Origin: Chiloscyllium plagiosum
Taxonomy: Eukaryota
NCBI RefSeq assembly: GCF_004010195.1
Contig: NC_057718.1
Span: 9,538,655 to 9,586,831, forward strand
Length of the DNA: 48,177 bases
Reading direction: 5' to 3'
Within the stretch, counting starts at the first letter, position 1. Each line of letters begins with the position of its first letter. The position numbers and the translations under genes are program-made. The notes beneath the pieces are model-generated. The model had not been told where the DNA came from. It made no database searches and was given only the letters and a program-made list of their open reading frames with translations. This document shows positions 1 through 11,715 of the stretch, one piece after another.

Positions 1-397
1 TGGAGCGTCGGAGGCTGAGGGGTGACCTTATAGAGGTTTACAAAATTATGAGGGGCATGGATAGGATAAATAGACAAAGTCTTTTCCCTGGGGTGGGAGA
101 GTCCAGAACGAGAGGGCATAGGTTTAGGGTGAGAGGGGAAAGATATAAAAGAGACCTAAGGGGCAAATTTTTTACGCAGATGGTGGTACGTGTATGGAAT
201 GAGTTGCCAGAGGAAGTGGTGGAGGCTGGTACAATTGCAACATTTAAGAGGCATTTGGATAGGTATATGAATAGGAAGGGTTTGGAGGGATATGGGCCGG
301 TGCTGACAGGTGGGACTAGATTGGGTTGGGATATCTGGTCGGCGTGGATAGGTTGGACCGAAGGGTCTGTTTCCGTGCTGTACATCTCTATGACTCT
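1..397 (+). mobile_element. CR1 (HER1-like) LINE 3' end
   Basis: ORF2 C-terminus RGDLIEVYKIMRG..RTRGH..FFTQ.VV.VWNELP...FKRHLD, followed by 3'UTR and a (ctctatga)n tail. Confidence 0.9.
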
Positions 398-2510
398 ACC
401 CCCTGACTCTCTTGCTACTGGTGTCTTCCACTGAAATCTGATGCAAAGTATCTATTCCATTCCTTTACCATTTCTTTATTCCCCCTTATTACTTCACCAA
501 CCTCATTTTCCAGTGGTCCAACATCCACTCTTGCCTCCCTCTCTGACCTTTGAGATATCTTTAAAAAACTCTTGCAATCTTCTTTTTATTATGAGGTAGC
601 CTACTTTCATATTTCATCTTTCTCCCCTTATTGCTTTTTTTTAAATTTATCCTCTGCTGGTTTTTAAAGACTTCCCAATCCTCTGGCTTCCCACCGCTCT
701 GGCATCACATTATAAATTTTTCCTTCTACTTTTATGCTTGTCCTTGACTGCCCTGATCAGCCTCATCGTCCCCTTAGTGCATTTCTTCCTCCTTGGGATG
801 AGTTTCTGCTGTGCCTCCCGAATTACCGTCAGAAACTCCTGCCATGGCTGCTCCACCGTCTTTCCTGCTTGGCTCCCCTTCCAATCAACTCTGGGCAGCT
901 CCTCCCCTCACGTCTTTGTCATTACCGTATTGTAATACCATTTCATCTGATTCCAGCTTCTCCCTCTCAAATTGCAGGGTGAATTCTCTCATATTATGGT
1001 CACTGCCCCCCACCTGGGTTCCTTCACCTTAAACTCCCTCATCAAGTCTACCTCATCACCAAATCCAGAACTGCCTATTCCCTAGTGGGCTCTACCATAA
1101 GCTGCTCCAAAAAGACATCTTGTAGACACTCTACAAGTTCCTTTTTTTGATTAGATTCCCTACAGTGTGGAAACAGGCCCTTCAGCCCAACAAGTCCACC
1201 CTCCGAAGAGCAGCCTATCCAGACCCATTCCTTGATTAATGCATCTAATACTACGGGCAATTTAGCATGGCCAATTCACCTAACCTGCACAGCTTTGGAC
1301 TGTGAGAGGAAACTGGAGCACCCGGAGGAAACCCACGCAGACACAGGGAGAATGTGTAAACTCCACACAGGCAGGCGGGAATTGAATCTGGGTCCCTCTT
1401 GATATTCACTCCCAACCTGATTTTCCCAGTCCGCCAGCAAACTGAAGTCCCCCATGATTAGTGCAATTACGCGTTTCTTCCATGCCTTTTCTATCTCCTG
1501 ATTGATTTACTTCCCCACATCCTGACTACTGCTAGGGGGTCTATACACAACTCCTATCAGGGTCTTTTTTGCCACTGGGATTCTTCAACTCTACCCACAC
1601 AAATTCTACACATTCCAACTCTATATCACTTCTCTGCCTGCCCTTTCAAAAGGACGGGTATCCTTGGATATTTATCTCCCAGCCACGATCCCCTTGCAGC
1701 CATATTTCTGTGATACCTAGAACATCATACCCACCAATTTCAATCTGTACTACATTGACCTGACTGCATTTAAGTCCAATACCTGCAGTCCTGTGTTGAC
1801 TGCCCTGCTTCTCATAGTTGTCCCCCTACCTGCTATGCCTGAAGTTAGATTCCTGACATTTTCCATACTCTCTGTCCTATTGTTTGTTTGTTCTGGAAAC
1901 TTTAATCATCTCTGCCCAACCCTCCCTCACTAAGTTTTGCCATAATTTTCCATGCAACCAAACTCACCCCTCCACCATTTAGTTTAAAGCACTATGCCCG
2001 AGTTATGCAATTAACCAGGATTCTGGTCCCAGTGTGACTTAGGTGGAGTCTGTCCCATTGGAACAGCTCTCTCCTTCCCCAGTACTAGTCCCAATGCCCC
2101 ATGAATTCAAACCCATTTCTCCTACACCGACCTTTAAGCCAATTGTTTACCTCTATGGTCTTACTGACCCTATACCAATCAGCTCATGGCTCAGGTAATA
2201 ATCCAGAGATCATTACCTTTTTTGGTTATGTTTTCTAAGTTAGCCTCCTTGCTGCTCAAGATCCCTCAGCAGAACCTTGGTCCTCTTTCTACCCGTGTTG
2301 TTGGGGACCACGACAACTGGATCTTACCCTCCCACTCCAAGTTCCTCTGCAGCCCAGATGAGATATTCCTGAATCCAGGCACCAGGCAGACATCACAGCC
2401 TTCAGGACTCTCAATCTTGGCCACAGGGAACAGTGTCTATCCTCCTGATTTCACCATCCCCAATTAGAATGGCATTTCTCTTTCCTACCCCAATCCGACT
2501 TGAATGGCTT
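398..2510 (-). mobile_element. Degraded CR1 LINE (ORF1 esterase and ORF2 endonuclease remnants), interrupted by a SINE
   Basis: Minus-strand fragments ECLQDVFLEQLMVEPTRE, YDVLGITEIWLQ and CLPGA..DPVVVV. Confidence 0.75.
1149..1396 (-). mobile_element. HE1-type V-SINE (5'-truncated)
   Basis: V-domain GGAGTTTACACATTCTCCCTGTGTCTGCGTGGGTTTCCTCCGGG and taatc tail. Confidence 0.85.
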
Positions 2511-3164
2511 CCTATACAATAGACAATAGGTGCAGGAGTAGGCCATTTGGCCCTTCAAGCCAGCAGCACTATTTGTTATGATCATGGCTGAACATCCACA
2601 ATCAGTATTCTGTTCCTGCCTTATCCCCATAACCCATGATTCCACTATCTTTAAGAGCTCTATCTATCTCTTTCTTGAATGTATCCAGACACTTGGCCTC
2701 CACTGCCTTCTGGGGCAGAGCAGAAGTTGGCATCGGTGACCACAGTGCTATGGTCAGGGTTGGTCATCCTCCCTACAGCCCCCAATCTCACCCACACAGG
2801 GAGCAAGAACCCCAATGCCAAGTTGGGAAGCCAGTGTGAAGTGGGGCCAGTTCCAGGTAAGTATGAACCTGAACATGACCCCGCGAATGCTGTTAGAAAG
2901 TGCACGTGTTGGGGGAATGGGGGCTGGATTGTAAGAAGATTGTCAGCAGCCACATCATCTGCAGACGCTGAACAACCTGACAACACCACAAACCCTAGTG
3001 ATGAACAATGTGATGCTACCCAGATCCAGTGAGGAACTACGCCTTGAAGCAAGGCATCACCTTCCTAGGGCCGAGGATACCGAACTCTGCAGGTACCTCT
3101 AGGTAGATTGGCCAGACAGCAATGGCTTAGGAAGGAGCAGACAAGAGACAGACATACAACCCAC

Positions 3165-3319
3165 CTGACAGCACGGAGACGCAGCCAAGATGTCATAAGT
3201 GTACATGGTGCCCAGCTGATGCCAACTCCCGTCCCATCGAGACTTGCATTTGATGCAAATTATCTTATGTACCCCTTCGAGACAGTCCACGCAGATGGCA
3301 TAGAGGTGCATGAGCCTTC
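3165..3319 (-). CDS. HECA: Headcase homolog, coding exon 3 (155 bp)
   Basis: Acceptor tctgattacag|GA AGG CTC ATG. Encodes GRLMHLYAICVDCLEGVHKIICIKCKSRWDGSWHQLGTMYTYDILAASPCCQ. Donor CAG|gtgggt. The final exon (ARLNCKHCGK...) was not found in 1-3164. Confidence 0.96.
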
Positions 3320-4349
3320 CTGTAATCAGACCAAGGGCAAAGTTTGAGTCAGGTCCCACTTTTACTGATACAAGTTACAGCACAGACATTGTTACTTCTC
3401 AAAACTAGAAAACTACACTCGTATGTTATTTTTCTTTTAGAAGTACTCACAGGATATGGGCTTTGATGGCTAGGCCAGGCACTTAAAACTCATTCCTAAT
3501 TACCCAGAGGGCAGTAACATTGCTGTGGGACTGAAGTCACGCGTGGGCCAGACAGATAAGGATGGCAGATTTCCTTCCCTAAAGGCCATTAGTGAACCAG
3601 ATGCACAAACAGAAATTGCTGGAAAAGCTCAGCAGATCTGGCAGCATCTATAAAGAGAAATCAGAGTTAATGTTTCAGGTTGAGTGACTCTTCCTCAGAA
3701 CCAGAGGGGTTTTTAAGACAATTGTCCGAGTTTACATAATCACCATCAGGTTGGCTTTCTATTCCAAATATTTCTATTAAATTCAAATTTCACCGCTGGC
3801 TGTAGTGGGATTCTGGATTACTCATCTAGAACTCTAGTAACAGTGACTACAGTTCAAAACCAGAACAGCTCACAAACTGTCAATTGCTTTGGAAGATTCT
3901 GAGGTTTTGAAAGGTGTAATATGAATGCAAATCCTTCTTTCTAAATCAGTGTTGCAGACTGCCCTAAACAGCTGCTCTGTCTATCTCACTCTCCACCCAC
4001 CAACCCAGACTCAATACCTCATTTCCCGATGATTATAAAGATTCCCGGCTTCCCTTCTAAGGAGGAGGGAATGGTCACAACTCTGAAAGCCAAAACGGGG
4101 TTGATCTAAATTGAAGCCTGTGCAACAGTTTCTTCAGGGTATGGAGGGCTGAGGGTGGGAAGGAGTATAACCATGTCATGGCTGAGCCTTTCCTTGCTCT
4201 GCTCCCTGGGTTCGGGAAGTGCAAATTTCCTGGTGTGAGCTCATTTCAGACAAGACTACAGTTAGGAGCACTCTACCATTGCAAAATGATTGGGGGCAGG
4301 GCGGGGGGGGGGGGGCAGTCCAGACTGAGGAGATAAGGAGAACTGCTTA

Positions 4350-4860
4350 GTCATAGAACTGTACAGACCCATGGAAACAGACCCTTCGGTCCAGCTTGTC
4401 CATACTGACCAGATATCCTAAACTAATCTAGTCCCATTTGCCAGCACTTGGCCCATATCCCTCTGGACCCTTCCTTTCATATACCCATCTAGGTGTCTTT
4501 TAAATGTTGTCATAGTACCAGCCTCCATCACCTCCTCTGGCAGCTCATTCCATACACGCAGCACACTGTGCAAAAAAGTTGCCGCTTAGGTCCCTTTTAA
4601 ATCTTTCCCCTTTCACCCTAAACCTATGCCCTCTAGTTCTGGACTCCCCCCATCCCCAGGGAAAAGCCCTTGTCTAGTTACCCTACCCACGTCCCTCATG
4701 ATTTCATAAACCTCTATAAGGTCAGCCTTCAGCCATCGACACTCCAGGGAAAACAGCCCCAGCCTGTTCAGCCTCTCCCCTTACTCAAACCCTCCAACAC
4801 TGGCAACATCCTTGTGAATCTTTTCTGAACATTTTCAAGTTTCGTAACATCCTTCCGGCA
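4350..4860 (-). mobile_element. CR1 LINE 3' fragment
   Basis: Reverse-complement match to the element at 1-397. Confidence 0.85.
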
Positions 4861-5141
4861 GGTCGGAGACCAGAATTCTGCTTGCGAAAGGACTGAGGAC
4901 AAGAGGACATAGATTTAAAGTAATTGGCAAATAGAAGGCAAAGCAACACAAGGAAGCACAGCGAGCAGTCAGGGTCTGGAATGTAGAGTTTGAGAATGTG
5001 GTGGAGGGTCAATCAGGACCATGATCTGGAAAGGAAGAATGTATCGCAGTATCACAGTGAGAGGGCGGGAGAATGGCACAGAATGAATAGCCCATACGGA
5101 GAGTGTGTGCAGGCTAGGGATGCAAATATCACCCCCAATTT

Positions 5142-5440
5142 GGGGTGGCACGGTGGCTCAGTGGTTAGCACTGCTGCCTCACAGCGCCAGGGACCTGGGT
5201 TCAATTCCCACCTTGGGTGACTGTCTGTATGGAGTTCGCACATTCTCCCTGTGCCTGTGTGGGTTTGCTCCAGTTTCCTCTCACAATCCAAAGATGTGCA
5301 GGCCAGGTGAATTGGCCGTGCTAAATTGCCCACAGTGTTAGGTGCATTAGTCAGGGGTAAATAGGGTAGGGGAATGGGTCTGGGTGGGTTACTCTTTGGA
5401 GGGTCAAAGGGCCAGTTTCCATACTGTAGGGAATCTAATC
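5142..5440 (+). mobile_element. HE1-type V-SINE
   Basis: A box TGGCTCAGTGG, B box GGTTCAATTCC, V-domain and CR1-like 3' tail. Confidence 0.9.
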
Positions 5441-5579
5441 AAACTAGTTTAAACTATTAAAATTAAATTGGTTAACCATTCAAATATTAACAGGTATATT
5501 TACTAAAAGTAAAAGACCAACTAATTGCTTCTAGCTCTACACACCAAAACTGAGAAAAGAAAATGGTTAAACCCATTAG

Positions 5580-5918
5580 TACAACAAACTTTGTCTTAAC
5601 TGGCCCCTTCTGAACTGGCAAAAATTATATCCCTCAAATACCACAAGGTTTACTGTATTATTACAACCTCCGAGTACTTAGTTGAGGGTGCAAGTGAGAA
5701 GGCTCTCTGCCGGCAAGTTTTACTTAAGTCAAAGTTGCGTTATTATTTGATTGATGCTGTAAATAAAGTACAACAACGATGTGTTTACCCCCTGCATTAC
5801 ATTTCAATTACTTACTGTGTATTTTTACACTGATTATGTGGCCCTTTTGATTACCCACAATATTTGATCATCCAGCACACTCCTGTACCATAGGTGCCAA
5901 TTAATAAAAAGTTTGCCT
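5580..5918. mobile_element. Old MITE or DNA-transposon-like repeat, copy 1
   Basis: Diverged similarity to 24896-24985 plus 25660-25899 (e.g. gtgagaagg..., gtaaataaag..., catttc.att, tgattaccc/tgattatcc). Confidence 0.55.
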
Positions 5919-5919
5919 T

Positions 5920-7075
5920 GTGACTGTAGCCTTTAAACAAATGTCCAACTTCAAACAGATCATTATTCGCAGCGAACTGCCTGGCTTTCAGGACAATACC
6001 ATACAACCTTGTCATGGTAGATGCTGCAAGACGTGTCAGAGTGTCGACACGGATACCACCATGACACATAGGAACACCTCCCACCATGTACTGGGCGGGT
6101 ACTCATGTGACTCGGCCAATGTTGTCGATCTCATACACTGCAGGCAAGGATGCCCAGAAGCATGATACATTGGTGAGACCGAGCAGAGGCTACGGCAACG
6201 GATGAATGGGCACCGCACAACAATCAACAGACAGGAGGGTTCCCTCCCAGTTGGAGAACACTTCAGCGGTCTGGGACATTCAACCTCAGACCGTCAGGTG
6301 ACCATCCTCCAAGGTGGACTTCCGGACAGTCAACAACGCAAAGTGGGCAAGCAGAGGCTGATAGCTAAGTTCAGTAACCATAGGGATGGCCTCAACTGGT
6401 ACCTTGGGTTCATGTCACATTACAGGTGACTCCATTGCACTACACACACAGAGACAGACAGACAGACACAGACACAGACACACACACACCCTCTCTCATA
6501 CACTCCCACACTCTCATCCATGCACGCATCCTCTCACAGACTTATACCTTTTACACTCACATTTACACACACTCTCACAGACAGTCATAACCACCTCCCC
6601 CCAACATGCACACACACATATGCAAGTTTGTGGGGTGAATTTGTACTTGTAGAATTACATTTTATTTTGCTCAAAAACTGTTTAAATCCATTTAAGATTC
6701 TGTAAATCCTTTTTTAGAATAGAATCAGTCTGAACATTGGGGCACAGACAGTCTCACACAGGACACTTCACACCTTCAATGCACTATCTGGGCTGACATG
6801 GCACCTATTGTTAAAGTTCACTTAAGAATGTAACTTTAAAGAAGTTCTTGAATTTACATATGAAAGAACTGAAACCAACATGTCCATTCTAAAAGATGAG
6901 AGACTTAACAAACAATTCAATATATAATTTCAGTTACATCACACTGCAAACGTTTGCTATAAATTCTGTGTCTTACAATCTTATACTCCATAACCACTGA
7001 TGAAGGAGCAGCGCTCCGAAAGCTAGTGCTTCCAACCTGTTGGGACTATAACCTGGTGTTGTGTGATTTTTAACA
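5920..7075 (+). mobile_element. Penelope-like element 3' part: Cys-rich linker, GIY-YIG endonuclease and 3' pLTR with hammerhead motif
   Basis: QPCHGRCCKTC...YSCDSANVVDLIHCRQGCPEA*YIGETEQRLRQRMNGHR...PVGEHF..GH...RLIAKF..HRDGLN. CTGATGA-A-GGAGC-agc-GCTCC-GAAA-GCTA at 6997-7025. Confidence 0.9.
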
Positions 7076-7254
7076 TTTTATACAATATTCTCAAATGATT
7101 TTCCAAAACGTAACTTACCTGCTGCACTTTTCTAACCTGTTTTAAACATTAACAGCAATTTATTAATGGCAAGACCATTTTCCATCCCTAGTTTGGACAT
7201 GATGGGCTGAATGTTCAGTAATAATTCTGTGATGGTTTAGAGAATCAAGGATCT

Positions 7255-8335
7255 TTCTTCTGATCTTGCACTGGTCAGGACAATTCACAAGAATACCAAT
7301 TTATGCCTGAAAACAATTGGTTGGCATGTCAACTACGATTGGTAGTAGTAGCTTTGTCACAGAGAATTCCCTAGTTAATGACGCCTGCCAGGGTTTGCTT
7401 AAAGTTTAAGCCAGACCGGTCAATTCTTAATTTCTTTCAGAAATACCTCGACTGCTGAACCTGTGAATGACCGTCACCTACCTTGTTGAGTTGAAAGAGA
7501 TACAGTGCACGTACATGGCTTTTCTATCGCAAATAGCAGGACGCTGTGTATGAGTAAATGTAGACTCTGGTAGACACAACTGCACCATACTGCAAGCCCA
7601 ACTAACAATCCTAAATTGGTTGCCAACATAATCCATCACATACTCAGGATTATCCAGCAAATGCTGTCCAATTGCAGTGTTGTGACATTGTGCTGCCAGG
7701 TTTGCTAATGGAGACGGATTGGAGAGCAACAAGCAAGATGTGAACTGAATCCAACCAGCTGGTACTAGCAAAACCCACAACGCAGTGTCCAAAATTAACT
7801 ACGGCTCCACAATTGGACAGCAGCTGCTAGATAACCCCCGAGTGTGAAACATTACGCTGACAACTGATTTAGGCTCATCAGTCAGGTTCACACTGTGGCA
7901 CATACATTCATACACAGGGTCAAGTTCTTTATCAACAGATATAACATGTTTGCATTGATTTCAACTCAATAATGCAGGTAGCTACCATTCTCAGGTTCAT
8001 TGCCTTGGGGGTATGCTGATCAGAGTCAACCTGCCTGGTTTAAAATTTACGAGGAGAATGTGAGGACTGCAGATGCTGGAGATCAGAGCTGAAAATGTGT
8101 TGCTGGAAAAGCGCAAAAGCGCAGCAGGTCAGGCAGCATCCAAGAAGCAGGAGAATCGACGTTTCGGGCATGAGCCCTGGTTTAAAATTTAAACAAAGCC
8201 TAGCAGTTAACTGTCATTCATAAGTGACTGGTGCACTCTTTGTGGCCTGTACCAATCAGTACTCTCAACCCATACAGTAGAAATGCTGGAGTTCCCGTCA
8301 ACGTAGCATTCTTGTGACTTGCCTGATGAATGCAG
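7255..8335. mobile_element. Old inverted (palindromic) Penelope-like remnant
   Basis: Minus-strand TAIGQHLLDNPE...NQFRIVS (GIY-YIG C-terminal region) at about 7480-7690, mirrored on the plus strand at about 7805-7970. The ends are mutually inverted, with degenerate CTGATGA at about 8323. Confidence 0.7.
8051..8177 (-). mobile_element. Short Penelope pLTR-derived insertion (family A), 16-bp TSD
   Basis: Flanked by cctggtttaaaattta at 8034-8049 and 8176-8191. Partial hammerhead (GGGC..GCCC GAAACGTC). Confidence 0.85.
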
Positions 8336-10049
8336 AATGTAGATGGTCGATACAATGTGTTTCTCTTAAAAAAGAAAAACTTTTCAGGAAACGTCCTCCT
8401 CTGAGTCCTCATCCTGTCTGAATCCCTCCCAGTATTAGCTCTGCTCTCCCACCGTATCCGGTGGAACCCCACCTGTGCAGCCACACATCCTGCTACAAAC
8501 ATGGTGCAACTATAACAAACTGTGTGCATCGCTGGAATCCACAGCGGTGGTGCTGATAGAACACACACTATTCATATTGCCACTGCTTGAGAGTCATACC
8601 CGGCAAAAATAGCAGATTATCAGGGGCTGAGTTTCCCTTGTGTGTACAGACCACTCCCTGACAACAGCAAGCCGACTGAATAAAAGTAGGATAAAGTCAG
8701 ATATGGGTTTCCTACATGACAGCCATTTCAGTAGCGGCCGAGCACTTTGAGATGCACAATAGTCACAAACAGCATTATGTAAATATAAGACAATGCTTCA
8801 TGCTTCTCATTTTGCTAAAAATGCCCCTGCCTCTGGCTCAAATGCAACCCCCTCCCCTCACCAGTTCTGGCAAAGCAAAACCTCTTCACTGTCTGTTGAT
8901 ACAGAAGTGAGGGTAGAGTGGAACAGAGAGCGACAGAGAGAAAATGCACACACACAAGAGACAGAAATGTATAACGGAGGGGTGGGAGGAGGGAACAAAG
9001 TAAGAGAGAAAGAAGAAACATCATATATCACGTGTAGAACTTTTGAACCGGCTCAATTTTAGACACTTCATCTCCTCTGGACCACAAATGCTGGTATGGT
9101 TAGACTGGCAGCACAGTGGTACAAAGGGCTTTTATCAGTCACTGCCTCGTCAACACTGGCACAGTCTCCTCTCAACTCAGAGAGCTCCTTAACACAGCAG
9201 GCAGGAACAGAGAGACGCTCACAATGTCGTCAACACAGTGCACTCTAACCTAAATGACGCACACATGACTTCCTATAGGAGTTCCTCATCGGAAGGGAGG
9301 GTCAGAGCAAAACGCAAACCTGCCCCAGCAACTCAAACCGAGAAAGGGAATGATTCACAGCTTGCAGCCGTGGGTCACTGACTCTATCCGGTGTCACTCA
9401 GAGAGATCCGTTAGCAGGGTCCGCACTGAGCTCGGAGGTGAGGGCATGCCCTTCGTCCACCCCCTCCTGTGCTACACTGACAAAGTAACATCAACACAGG
9501 CGTCACAATCAATCCAATGGGAAACAGTAACAGTGAGCAACAAACCTGGTTCTCGCTTGTATGCAGTAAAGAGGGATTGCACAGGCTGTCAGGAGCTACT
9601 GGATGTCCCCACGTAAGAAAGAAGGAACTAGGATCTACCCCGGGGCTGATTATCACTTAGCCTGTCATAAAATGCTTCACGAATGAATAGCCCAGTTGCT
9701 TTTAATGCAAGTGAACGTGGCAAGCTTAAAAGGGCTTATGCCCGAAACGTCGATTCTCCTGTTCCCTGGATGCTGCCTGACCTGCTGCGCTTTTCCAGCA
9801 ACACATTTTCAGTTCTGATCTCCAGCATCTGCAGACCTCACTTTCTCCTTTCTTAGGAAGTGCCCATCCATGGCATTCAGTGCCCATTCCATTTGTCCTT
9901 GTGGCTTTCTAGGACACAGACAGTTAAGTCAACCAGGGAGATGGAGTCATGCACAGGTAAAACTTTGCACTCAAAGAAGGAAGGGGGAAACGATTAAAGT
10001 GCAGTTCAGTTAGTGAGGGGTTGCAGTCTCCTGTGTTCTAACAAAAACT

Positions 10050-10262
10050 AGAGCTGAAAATGTGTTGCTGGAAAAGCGCAGCAGGTCAAGCAGCATCCGA
10101 GGAGCAGGAAAATCGATGTTTTGGGCAAAAGCCCTTCATCAGAAATGCTTTTGCCCAAGACATCGATTTCCCTGCTCCTCGGATGCTGCCTGACCTACTG
10201 TGCTTTTCCAGCACCACTCTAATCTTGATTCGGATCTCCAGCATCTGCAATCCTCACTTTGT
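10050..10262. mobile_element. Palindromic Penelope pLTR-derived insertion (family A)
   Basis: Inverted arms meet at cccttcatcagaaatgcttttgccc. Related single-arm copies at 9729-9849 and 21134-21257. Confidence 0.8.
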
Positions 10263-10264
10263 TC

Positions 10265-10605
10265 TTTCTTATTCATGTTCCCATCCAGTTGCCTTGTATC
10301 TGTTGCAATTGTACCAGCGTTCACCACATCCTCTGGCAGCTCATTCCATGCACGCACCACTCTCTGCGTGAAAATGTTGCCCCTTAGGTCCCTTTTATAT
10401 TTTTCCCCTCTCACCTTTAACCTATGCCCTCTAGCTTTGGATTCCCCTACCCTGGAGAAAAGATCTTGTCTGTTTTATCATATGCATGCCCCTCATGATT
10501 TTATAAACCTCAATAAGGTCACCATTCAGCCTCTGATGCTCCAGGGAAAACAGCCCCAGCATATTCAGCCTCTTCCTGCAACCAATCCTGGCAACGTCCT
10601 TGTAA
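10265..10605 (-). mobile_element. CR1 LINE 3' fragment
   Basis: RGEKYKRDLRGNIFTQRVVRAWNELP. Confidence 0.85.
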
Positions 10606-11144
10606 ATCATTCAAGTAGACGTCTGATCTCAGACATCCTCAGAGGGAGGTATTCGAGTCCAGCAGCAAAAGATGCCTTGCTCCAATGAGCACTAGAGAGA
10701 CCGCACCCAGAATACTGAGTACAGGCTCTGAACCCCTGGCCTGAGGAAGGACAGACTTCATATTTGTAATGGTGGGACTGTCCTACAAGGAGAGGATTGA
10801 GGGGGCTGGGCCTGTTTTCTCTGGAGTTTAGAAGAACAAACAGGGATGTCATAGAAAGCTACACGATTCTGAAAGGGACAGACAGCGTAGATACAGAAAG
10901 AAACTCCCCCCGGATCGAGAACCAGAGGACACAGCCTCAGCATCTTGAGGACACCAGTTAGAGGATTGAGGGGAGGAGGTGGGAGCATAGTTGTAACATC
11001 ACTTACTAGTAATCCAGAACCTGAGGATAATACACTGGGATAACGGATTGGCTCAAACCCCTTCATGGCAGAATTTGAAATCAATTTTTAAAAATTCTGG
11101 AATAAATGACCACGAAATGACTGATTGTTGTAAAAATCCATTTA

Positions 11145-11715
11145 ACAATAACTCCTCTACTTCCACAGGAGACTACGGAAATTCAGGTTGTCTACAAAGA
11201 CTCTGACCAACATTTACAAGTGCACCAGAGAAAGCATTCTATCTGGATGCTGGGTACAGCAACTCCTCTCCCCAGGGCTATAAGAAACTACATAGAGCTG
11301 TGAACATAGCCCAGACCATCAGGCAAGCCAAGCTTCCATCCATTGGCTCCATTTACACTTCCCACTACGTCCAGGAAAGCAGCCAATATCATCAAAGACC
11401 CTTCCTACCTCAGTTATAATCTCTTCCAACCTCTTCAGTCAGGCAGAAGATACAAAAGCTTAAACACACCCACCAACAGATTCAAGAACAGCTTCTTCCC
11501 TGCTGTTCTCAAACTTCTGCATGGACCTCTCAAATTTTTAATTTAATATTTATCTCGCTCATTATGCGCTTTCTCCACAGCCGTAACATTGTATTCCTCG
11601 CTCTGTCCTGTTACCCTAATGCACTGTGTGTGGTGTGATCTGCCTGAAATGCACTCAAAACAAAACTGCTCACTAGGTGTTCATAGATACATAAAGCAAT
11701 AATAAATAAAATCAA
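11145..11715 (+). mobile_element. Rex1/Babar-type LINE 3' fragment nested in a tRNA-derived SINE
   Basis: KAANIIKDPS...LFQPLQSGRRYKSL.T.TNRFKNSFFPA is a typical Rex/Babar RT C-terminus, with an A-rich tail. SINE halves at about 10975-11140 and 11718-11875. Confidence 0.75.

Noticed and set aside
2660..3052. ORFs near exon 3 as candidate HECA last exon
   Set aside because: No ARLNCKHC/CPHC motif in the translated ORFs here. The last exon probably lies outside the window.
5142..5215. tRNA genes suggested by A/B boxes
   Set aside because: All are tRNA-derived SINE heads followed by a V-domain and LINE-like tail.
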